Source of the DNA: Oikopleura dioica
Lineage: Eukaryota; Animalia; Chordata
Assembly: GCA_907165135.1 (NCBI GenBank)
Contig: OU015568.1
Location: 16,193,208-16,257,207 of the forward strand
DNA length: 64,000 bases
Reading direction: 5' to 3'
The notes under the pieces are model-generated. The model had not been told where the DNA came from. It was given only the letters and a program-made list of their open reading frames with translations, and did no database searches. Both the position numbers and the translations under genes were made by a program. Each line of letters begins with the position of its first letter. Within the stretch, counting starts at the first letter, position 1. Of the stretch, positions 11,253 to 21,359 are shown in pieces.

Positions 11253-13138
11253 TTTGGGGGGTTTGCGTCAATTGCTACGGTTGCGTCAATAGCTACGGTG
11301 CGTCAATAGCTACGGTTAAAAATGAGTCATAGAGAGCATGGAAATTGACAGACAGCTTAGGGTGGGCATCAACCTAGGTCGGGTCTGCCGGTAAATTAGA
11401 AAATTACAAGAATCTGAAGCTATCTAGGTCTGTTTGAAAGATAATGTGGTCGTTTAACGCTTACAAAAATGATACGTAAGAAAAATAAAGCCTCAGAACG
11501 ATCGATCACGCGTCCGAAAGGCGGACAACTTTCCTGTCCTTTATCGGCGGCTGTGGAGCACGACAGAATTTCGGATCTCGCGCGGATCAAATAGGTTTGG
11601 GACAAATAAGGACTGATAAGTTGGAAACAAATCATTCATGAAATGATCGATGGCTCCCTTTTTCTACTCCTTGTCTTCATCCCCCGCCGGAAGTTGAAAA
11701 AGAAAGAATCAGTAAAAGAACAAAATAATCGAATTAGAAAATCCGTTATTTTTAATTTGCATATTTTGACCGTGGAGAGCATAAAGAACGAAAAAGTTTG
11801 GTATTGCATTTCCAAAAATTGGTAATGTATTACCGAAATTGGTAATGCATTACCAATTGGTAATTTAGACGAGCGTTCCCCATCAAGAGGGCATAAAAGA
11901 GTCGGTTGAAATGTAAAGGTCTAGCGAGCAGATGGACGGGGATGAATATTTTACGCCAACTGAAATTGAGAAAAATGGAGTTAGGGCCCTGCAAATTCGA
12001 TTAAAGCTGACTCGAACTTGAAGACGCTTTCTGCCAACAAAATTAAAACAGATTACCTTTCTGACAGCTAGTTTCGCTCGAAATTCCACAAGGGGTTAAG
12101 TCCCTCTAATGGCCCTTTTGCCGATAACTTTTGTTGTTTACAAATGGTCGAGTTGTGTACTCTTCCGATAACGCGAAATAGAAAAAAACTGATAAAGGAG
12201 CTCAAGGCCAGCCGGAGACGGAGCGACGCGATTTTTGATTTTTGTCGTTTTGGCGGAAATTTGGACAAGATTAAAACTCAAATTCCAGATACAAGAACAA
12301 GCACACACACAGTAAGCAGTTTTGGTAATGTAGAGTGGGCTGTATCTACAAATTCTAGTCTTGGCATTTAGAATAAAATGATTTGGGTGGGTAACTTTTA
12401 TGGTTGGTATTCCGAACTTGATTTAATTTTATCAGCTGACCCGAATAAATATCACGTGATATTACGACGTCATCAGATAGAACTCGTCAAGCAGGTCAAT
12501 TTGATACCCGAATCTACTCCGGGAAACGACAGGAACTTATCGTATACACATTTTAAAGCTCTGACTTTACCGGAATTGACCCTTATTTGACCAAAATTTT
12601 TCAATTTTCATGATTTCTCAGATTCTCAAAGTATTTACCCGGAAGGGAACGGAGGTATTTGAGGGCTCAAAATGATCAGCGCAACGAGCTCTATCAGATA
12701 AGCTCAAAAAACAAAGCGTACAGAAAAATTATTTGAAAAGTGACCCACCCTAATAGTGATACCTCGAAAAAAACAATTTTCCCGAAAAATCCTATGGTAA
12801 TTCAGAAAAAATAAAAAATGATTCTTTTCGAAATTAAGAATTCTAAAAATGATGGAACTGGTCAGGCTTGACGCAGTTTGGCAGCGCTTTGCCTCTGCAG
12901 AATGCGAGTTTTTTGAAGTTGTCAAGCTCATCAATGACAAACAATCCTACGGGCCATCTTTGCTCTAGTGCATGTCCGAAATTTCAAAATAAGCTTGTGT
13001 TCGCGCATTTATCGAAAAGTTCCTTTACTACAGTCACTGCGGAGCTGGAAAAACCAGTCGTCGACTTTTCGTGGCACTCTTTTGCAGTCCAACTTAGTTC
13101 TGCTTCGTTGTGTTCTGGCAGCGTGACGTGTATCATTT

Positions 13139-13685
13139 GGGTGCGCGTCGATCGCTACGGTTTCGGGGTTTTGCGTCGATCCCTACGATGCGTCGATCGC
13201 TACGGTTGCGTCGATCCCTACGGTTAAAAATGACTCATGCCTAGGAAGGAAAGATAGGGTCTGCAACTTGTCTGCACGTGAACAAAAATACTTCTCAAAG
13301 ACATCTTTATGTGAATAGTTAATTGAATTTTCTTGTAACTCTAACGGTTTTTCGTCGAAGGGTTGGTATGCTCTTTATAATTTCGGGAAATATTTTGCTA
13401 AAATTTGTCATTTTTCTGGCAAAAACCCTAAAAGGCAAAAATAAATTAAGCAAAAATCAATTCTTTAAAATCACTTCTCATCAAAGAGCCAATAAAGTAT
13501 AAACAGACGATCACTCAACAAAGAAAAGCTGTAACCCATTAGATATTTAATGATAAGTTGCAGACCCTATCTTTCCTTCCTAGGCATGAGTCATTTTTAA
13601 CCGTAGGGATCGACGCAACCGTAGCGATCGACGCATCGTAGGGATCGACGCAAAACCCCGAAACCGTAGCGATCGACGCGCACCC
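13139..13685. mobile_element. Mutator-like MITE (547 bp)
   Basis: About 130-bp near-perfect TIRs starting gggtgcgcgtcgatcgctacgg. 9-bp TSD gtatcattt (13130-13138, 13686-13694). Confidence 0.85.
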
Positions 13686-14883
13686 GTATCATTTACCATG
13701 AAGTTTTACTCTTGATGGAGAAAGTCCCTGGCACTCTTCCCCGTTTCCCGCGCAATTCAATCTCGTGGGATTCTAGAAATTTTGTCAAGCCCATGTTTAG
13801 CTCTTTCTCGAATCTCGAAATTATGTACGGAAGAAAAATGTCCGCTGATCGACAAGTTTTAGATCTGTTCTCACAAACTAACCACAAAATCTTCATTCAA
13901 AATAAGTGCCAAACTTTCTCGTTCAATTCCACTCAACCAATTCGGCAACATCTGACTTTCAAACATTCTTGCTTCTTTACTATCACCCGAAAAACTGCGA
14001 CTGCTTCTCGGTGCGGAACCTGGCACCGACAGGGCGAAACGATGCCTGTTTGACAGGTAGACTACGTGGTACTCCTAATATTCGAGCGGCTGTTCATGCA
14101 CTCTTAGCATCTCCGTTATGTTTCCACTTCTTGATCAAATAAAACGATGGCCTCCGGTTTCTGAGCGTACTCAATAACATCCGATGGCCATTTTTATAAG
14201 ACTTTTGCGGAAACTGCTCAATGGCCCATTGACAATGGGAGTGATGTTCCATCGGAACTTATTGGTGTGGAGAATAATTCGTTTGCGATCGTTGGAGCCC
14301 TTCGTAGTATGGAAAAATGTTTCGGTAAAAGCGACCGAAATATAAATCACTTTCAAGGGGTCAAATATGATAAATATTTCGGCAGGCAGCCAAAAGAATT
14401 CTACAAATAAGGCTCGTTTCACGGAAAAATATTTCGGTACGGGCCGAAAGAAAAATCAGAATTTGATGTCTTTTGAGCGATAAAGTTTCGGTAGGTTTTT
14501 CCACTATCATCCTGATTTGCGCTGGTATAAGCATTCAATGAGTGTGCCTTATCAGAAGATCATCTCTGGCTTCATTCTTCATTTCGCAAAAATAAAGGAG
14601 GCCGATGATAAAAAAATGAAATCGTAATATTCGCTAAAATAAAGGTTAGGGTTAGGGGCCACCTGCAAAAATGACGGAACAAATTACCCAAGGGGGATAG
14701 GCTACGGTTAGTTAGGGTTACTGAAGGTAATGAGAGTATAGAAAGAGAAAACGCAGACACCAAACCAACATCACACGAGTTAGAATGGGCCTCCCGGCCC
14801 CGCAAACCCTTACCTTTATACAAAATTTGTTCTGATTTTATAGCCTTATTTTATCATTCTTTCCGCGAAAAAAGCTCTAACCT

Positions 14884-15090
14884 GAAACCGCGGAAAAATT
14901 AAGAACTGGCACAGTAAAGCAGCTCCAACCAGAAACCGCGGAAAAATTAAGAACTGGCACAGTAAAGCAGCTCCAACCAGAAACCGCGGAAAAATTAAGA
15001 ACTGGCATACAGAAGCAGCTCCAACCAGAAACCGTGGAAAAAATTAAGAAATGGTATAGTAAAGCAGCTCCAATCAGAAACCGCGGAAAA
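14884..15090. repeat. 48-bp minisatellite (~4 copies)
   Basis: Unit gaaaccgcggaaaaattaagaactggcacagtaaagcagctccaacca. Confidence 0.85.
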
Positions 15091-15359
15091 ATAATAACCG
15101 AAGTATGAGAGAAAATCCAATCAGAAAACACAAAATAATAAACGACGAATATAAAGAGTCGGTCCAAGGGGGATCAACCAAATAAATAAAAATATACCTA
15201 TTTGAAGGGACTCCATATACATCTCACGAAAAAAATAAAAAGTTGCCTACGGAAAGGTACATCAGAGAAAAAAAAGTTCCTCCACTTTAGAAACGAAAAA
15301 CAGAACTAACTCCAAAAAAAATGCTCCAACTCAACCTAACTCCAGATTTTGACCTGAGC

Positions 15360-16211
15360 CCGATCTTTGTGTTCCTATTTCTGTTTCTGTTCTTTTGAGA
15401 TGGGCGGCCAAAAATGATTTGAAAGTTGAAGATTTTGAATCGGGAGAAGATTTTTCTCTCGAAAACATTTTCACTCTTCTGACAATGATAGTTTACCCGC
15501 GCAGTTTGGCTGGCTTCAATCTCAATCCGAAAAAAGAAGAACAAAAATTTCAAACAAACGAAATTGAATTGCTTCTCAGAAGAATGAAGTTCAGAACTTA
15601 TTTGAATCCAAGTGGATGGGAAATTTTAAAACCGGGCTTGATAGACGCGAACTTTGATTTTGAAAGAGGTTTTTATAAATAGCTAAATTCACCAGTCATA
15701 AAATATCTGCATGTAGTCCTCCTGCACCGCAATTTCGCCTTCTTCCGCCCCCTAACCGTCACCGGCTGTTACCTGAATCCCGACTTTACAATAATTTTCC
15801 ACCAAATGGTGCTGGACCGAATCGAAAACTCGGAATTTATTCTCCAGAACACTTTAATCGACCATTCCGGCTCTCAAGTCAGAATTCCTCTTTCCAGAGA
15901 ATTCTATGCTTCTTACGAAACCATGGAAGATTGCTACAACTGCCACAACGATTTTGTCTATTTCGGTGAGAACAACGAGTTTTTTGCTTTGGTCAACGAG
16001 AATTTCAATATGGAGAAAGAAAAATGGTACCTTCTGCCTCAAGCTTATTCAATAACTCTTACTAAACTTTAAGAAGATTCAGAGAACAAGGTAAAATTCA
16101 ATCTAGCTTTTAAATTCGAATTTCAATCTCTAGGCATCAAGTTCGAATTCATTGGAAAGGAAAAGAGAAACTTCAATCAGCAGGACGCCGTCTCAAAAAG
16201 TTTTTCATTAA
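15360..16211 (+). pseudogene. 5'-truncated kinase-papain gene remnant (peptidase domain only)
   Basis: Homology to 19028 onward begins abruptly at DLCVPIS. Retains HQMVL and ILQNT. Premature TAA at 16070-16072. Confidence 0.75.
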
Positions 16212-16467
16212 AAGTTATTTTTGATTAAAATGAAACACTTATAAAGAAAGAGAATTTTTATCAGGTTTTATTCTGCAGTAATTTTCAAACGTCATAAATA
16301 CTTTTTACTTTTGCGTTTTATTCTCTCATCTCAGAGAGACAGACTGTAGTTCGTTTTCGCAAAAAAAATATTCTCTCGAAAGACATTTTTAATCATAAAT
16401 AATATTTATTAAAGAGCCGAGAAAAGGTAAAAATGCAGCAAAAAGGAATGAACAAAATACTATCTTC

Positions 16468-17095
16468 TCACATCGTAGCGCGAAAACTGTTTCGAAAGCT
16501 CCAGTTTCGTGTTTCGACTGACATCTCCAAGTCGCCTCGAGAGCGAACCCTTCTTGTCCAGCGTGAAACTGCGCGCCTCCAAACGAGCGATTCTAGCGTC
16601 GAAACGGGAACCTTCCGTTCGCTCTGTCGGGGACGCGTTATTTCGTGGCTTTTGCTTCGCTGGGGCGGCGCTGGTTTTTGCGCTTTTCCGTCCTGCTCTT
16701 TTATCGGGTGCAGCTTGCGCAGACGATGGCAGACCGTCGCACTAGATAGAGCACAGTTACACTTCAAGTCGACGTCGCTCGCACTTACGCAGGCCACTGA
16801 TGGATGATATTCAAGTTGCCATTGGCGTCGCCCGCCATCTTCGTCTTCGGCGGCAACATAACATTACTCTCCTCCTTCATCAAATACTCATTTTAGGTCA
16901 AAACATGCTTTTATTCCACGAAAATTGTACAAAAACTGCAAGAGCAAAAACATAATTTAATACATTCTTCGCGTAAGATTCGCCAAGACTTTGTATTTGT
17001 TCTGACCCAAACGTGGCTTGGAGTGGATCTCTTTGCTTGTGTGCGATTGCCGTGGCGATTGTTTTGATACTTTTTCGAGGTAAGAAATTACGGCC
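16468..17095 (-). pseudogene. Partial copy (exons 5-7) of the 475-aa partner gene
   Basis: Homologous to 24446-25088. A 10-nt deletion (tggacgttgc) frameshifts the last exon. Confidence 0.7.
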
Positions 17096-17484
17096 TTTAT
17101 ACTGTATTCTGTGCTCGGCACGGGGAGTTGGAAGTTGTATAGGCCAAATATGCCCAGATTTTCAAAATGATAACATGCGCAGCTTGCGAGAAATTATGAT
17201 GAAAGGGATAGAAACTTGTCTCGAAATTCAATAAAGAGGAACGTTTAAAATTAGCGATAATTAGCATGCGAAAAAGATGCATCAAAATAAAAGTGACTGT
17301 TTTTTGAAGAAAATTTTATTATCATAAATTATATTTGTCAAAGAGCCGGGAAAAGAAGCTCCTTGTTGGAAGACTCGTTTTGCTCCATGAGTTCAATCAA
17401 GTCTTCCTCTCTTTGACACATATCATATTTGCAGACTTCACAGTGCAATGACACTGTGTCCTTGCCGCGAAAGGTGGTTGGATG

Positions 17485-17506
17485 GTCACCGTTGATTGAG
17501 TAAATA
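17485..17506 (+). promoter_or_regulatory. Conserved upstream Myb-like (CAACGG, reverse strand) plus Forkhead-like (GTAAATA) motif pair
   Basis: Same two motifs with a 5-nt spacer upstream of all three kinase-papain starts (17489-17506, 21249-21266, 39320-39337). Function is inferred only. Confidence 0.35.
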
Positions 17507-17580
17507 TTTTAGTAATTCTCGGGCTGATTTTTTAGCATTTTTAACGGGAGATTTGCTCTAAGTCGTATCACATTGAAAAA

Positions 17581-19923
17581 ATGCAAGTTTCAACGCATCC
17601 AAAAGAATTGTCAAGAGAAGCTGTTGCGATATGGCTTGAAGATTTTAAAAAGAGATTGAAGAGAACGACGAGCAGAGATGATTTGGACAGATTGATTTTG
17701 TCGGTGGAGAGATACGAGTTTGAAAAAAGTAATTGTGCTGGATGGAAAAAGGTTATTTTTGAAAATGGAAAAGGAAAAATTATGCCGGAATATCTGAATG
17801 AAGAATGGGAAATAACTTCATTTCAAAAAATGATCCTCGACAAGAATCCGCAACTAGAAGGTCGAATAATAAAATGCTCAGAATTAAAAGAAGAGACCGG
17901 AGAATGGATTATCGACGAATTTCATCAGCAAAAATTAATTTCAGCCGGTGGAGAAGCGATTGTTTTTGAAGACAAATTTGGAGAATTTGAAGTCGCGGTT
18001 CGGGTTCAGGCTTTTGATTCGGCGCTTTTTACGGGGAAGAATGAAGAAATTGAATATGAAATTAATCTTTCGGAAGGTATTTTTATTTTTTTAAAATAGT
18101 TTGTCCTTTTTAAGACTACGATACCGCTCATAACGACGAAAAAGATGACGCTCAAGTTATCCCTGTTCATCAAAACGTTATCAAAAACTTCTGCAACATC
18201 GAAATTTACTCGAGCAACGACGAGAAAAGAGAAGACTGCCTCGGATGGATAACGATTATGGAGAAATGCGACGCAGATTTGAGGAGCAGATTGAAGAAAG
18301 AAGATTTGACCTTGGAAGAAAGGAAGAAAATTGCGATTGGAGTGAAAGAGGGGAGAGAGTATTTGAGGGACATTCGAATTTGGCATCTAGATCAGAAGCC
18401 GGAAAATATTTTGTTGAAAGATGGAGAATGTAAATGGATTGATTTCGGAACAATTTGGGAAGAGACTGGAAGGAAGAGCTATCGAAGAATGGGCTACGCG
18501 AGAAGAGGGAGCAAATATCGATATCCTGATTATTTATGTAAGTTTTTAATTGAAATTAGTTGAAAATATTTTGCTCGTGTTTAATTTTTTCTCAGATGCT
18601 GGATCTGCTGCCTTTTCGGAAAGTGATCAACTTTGTAAAGGAGGAAGACGAAGAGGAGATAGATCACCACTTCACATTTTGATTCTTTGCGATTGGAAGA
18701 CAGCCTGGAGTCTTCTTTTCAAACCGATCGAAGGGGACGGAAGAGAGAAAATTGAAGAAGAACTAAAGGTACGAGCTCGTTTCTGCAATTAAAGAAAAAT
18801 TTAAAGGCGTGCAATGCTGAGTGGCTCTCAAGATATTCCCCATCAACCGAAGAAATCGAAAACTTGTCAGGAATCATTTCTCTAAAAAATGCGCCTTCTG
18901 ATTTTTGCCTTGACGATCCAAATTTGACGAAATCTTCAGCAATGGCCGATCTCAAACAAAAACTTACGAAACAGATCAATTTGGACTTCGAAAACGTGAC
19001 GAAGAATGTTTTAAACCAAAGAGAAAGCGATCTTTGTGTTCCCATTTCAGTTTCTGTTCTTTTGAGATGGGCACTCAAAAATGATTTGAAAGCTGATGAT
19101 CGGAAAATGGAAAGTGATTTTCCTCTCGAAAAAATCTTCACAATTCTTACAATGATAATTTACCCGCGCAGTTTGGCTGGCTTCAATCTCAATCCGAAAA
19201 AAGAAGAACAACAATTTCAATCAAACGAAATTGAATTGCTTCTCAGAAGAATGAAATTCGAAACTTATTTGAATGAAAGTGGATGGCAAATTGTAAAACC
19301 CATCGGGATAGACGCGAACTTTGACTTTGAAAGAGGTTTTTATAAATAGCTAAATTAACCAATCAAAAAATATCTAGTCCTCCTGCATCACAAGTTCGCC
19401 TTCTCCCGCCCCTTAACCGTCACCGGCGCCTACCTGAATCCCGACGGTTCAATAATTTTCCACCAAATGGTTTTGGACCGAATCGAAAACTCCGAATTCA
19501 TTCTCCAAAATACTCTCATCGATCATTCCGGCTCTCAAATAAAAATTCCTCTTTACAGAGAATTCTATGCTTCAGAAGAAATGATGGAAGACTGCTTCAA
19601 CTGCTACAAGGATTTTGTATATTTTGGAGACAACAACGAGTATTTAGAGTTAGTCAACGAACAATTTAACATGGAAAGAGAAAAATGGTATCTTCTGCCT
19701 CAAGCTTATTCAATTACTCTTACTACGCCTCAAAAATATCCAGAAAGCTCTGAAAGTTCGGATTCAGAAAATCAGGTAAAATTTAATCTAGCTTTTATAG
19801 TCGAAATTCGATCTCTAGGCGTTCGACAAAGGAAATCATGAAGATTCGGACGAGTCGATTTTTCTAAAAGGAAAAAAGAAATTTCAATCAGCAGGACGCC
19901 GCCTCAAGAAATTTTTTCATTAA
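17581..19923 (+). CDS. Kinase-papain fusion protein copy A (~711 aa, 6 exons), apparently intact
   Basis: Exons 17581-18076, 18115-18537, 18596-18768, 18795-19335, 19378-19775 and 19819-19923 sum to 2136 nt in phase. Kinase motifs SAGGEAIV, VAVR, MEKC, HLDQKPENILL, DFG. Peptidase motifs VLNQRESDLC and HQMVLDRIENSEFILQN. Intron 3 is only 26 nt, so it is uncertain. Confidence 0.75.
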
Positions 19924-20182
19924 AAGATATTTTTGATTTAAATAAAATACAGAAAAAGAAAGAGAATTTTTATCAGGCTTTACCCTTCAGTAATTATCAA
20001 ATGTCAAACGTCATAATTAGTAGTTATTAATTACTTTTGAATTTTGCGTTTTAATATTTCAATCTCTTAGTTTGTTATTCGCAAAAATAAATATTCTCTC
20101 GAACGACATTTTTTAATCATAAATAATATTTATTAAATAGCCGGAAAGAGTAAAAATGCAGCAAAATGGAATGAACAAAGTA

Positions 20183-20775
20183 CTATCTTCTCACATCGTA
20201 GCGTGAAAACTGTTTCGAAAGCTCCAGTTTCGTGTTTCGACTGACATCTCCAAGTCGCCTTGAGAGCGAGCCCTTCTTGTCCAGCGTAAAACTACGCGCC
20301 TCCTGGACGTTGCAAACGAGCGATTCTAGCGTCGAGACGGGAACTTTGCGTTCGCTCTGTCGGGGACGCGTTATTTCGTGACTCTTGCTTCGCTGGGGCG
20401 GCGCTGGTTTCTGCGCTTTTCCGTCCTGCTCTTTTATCGGATGCAGCTTGCGCAGACGATGGCAAACTGTCGCACTAGAGAGCACAGTTACACTTCAAGT
20501 CGACGTCGGTCGCACTTACGCAGGCCACTGATGGATGATATTCAAGTTGCCATTGGCGTCGCCCGCCATCTTCGTCTTCGGCGGCAACATAACATTACTC
20601 TCCTCCTTCATCAAATACTCATTTTAGGTCAAAACATGCGTTTATTCCACGAAAATTGTACATAAACTGCAAGAGCAAAAAAATAATTTAATACGTTCTT
20701 TGCGTAAGATTCGCCAAGACTTTGTATTTGTTCTGACCCAAACGTGGCTTGGAGTGGTCTCCAAATTATGGTCTT
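20183..20775 (-). pseudogene. Partial copy of the partner gene (exons 6-7 intact, exon 5 carries a 53-nt deletion)
   Basis: 45-nt intron at 20475-20519. The last exon encodes the same protein as 24446-24737. Confidence 0.65.
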
Positions 20776-21359
20776 TTTACTGTATTCTGTGCTCGGCACG
20801 GGGAGTTGAAAGTTGTATAGGCCAAATATGCCCGGATTTTCAAAATGATAACATTCAAAACATGCGCAGCTTGCGAGAAATTATGATGAAAGGGATAGAA
20901 ACTTGTCTTGAAATTCAATAAACGAGTACGTTTAAAATTAGCGATAATGAGCATGCGAAAAAGATGCGTCAAAATAAAAGTGGCTGTTTTTGACGAAAAT
21001 TTTCTTATCAAAAATTATATTTGTTAAAGATATCAATATTATAAGTACTGGAATTTCTCCGGCACCTAGAGGAGTTCAAAAAAAGTGAGCTTCTCGTTTT
21101 ATTCATTTTGATGCAAATATTGCGACTTTTCTCAATGAATGGTTTAGTCATGCGGCATCACTGATGCCTTAATTGAACATGGAAAGTACAAAGATGAAAA
21201 AACTGCAATTGCAGTGTGTCCTTGGCGCGAGAGGTGGTTGGATGGTCACCGTTGACTGTGTAAATATTTTACAAATTCTCGGGCGGAGTTTTTAGCATTT
21301 TGAACGGGAGATTTGCTCTACATTGTAGAGTCTACATCATATCACATTTTAATTAAAAA

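Larger units (their letters stand above)
9654..11330. mobile_element. Mutator-like TIR remnant split by a hAT insertion
   Basis: gggtgcgcgtc..gctacggtttggggg at 9654 resumes at 11261 as gtttgcgtcaattgctacgg...aaaaatgagtcat, matching the TIR of the 13139-13685 element. Confidence 0.55.

Noticed and set aside
11880-14430. Possible decayed transposase or recombinase fragments around the 13139 MITE
   Set aside because: Many stops in all frames and no diagnostic catalytic motif could be identified.
14877-15167. 96-aa ORF with VLNFSAVSGWSCF repeats
   Set aside because: Antisense reading of the 48-bp minisatellite.
17013-17234. Plus-strand TM-like ORF (also 20700-20921)
   Set aside because: Overlaps antisense to partner exon 5, whose frame is supported by in-phase splicing and synonymous changes. 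The TM part is deleted in one copy.
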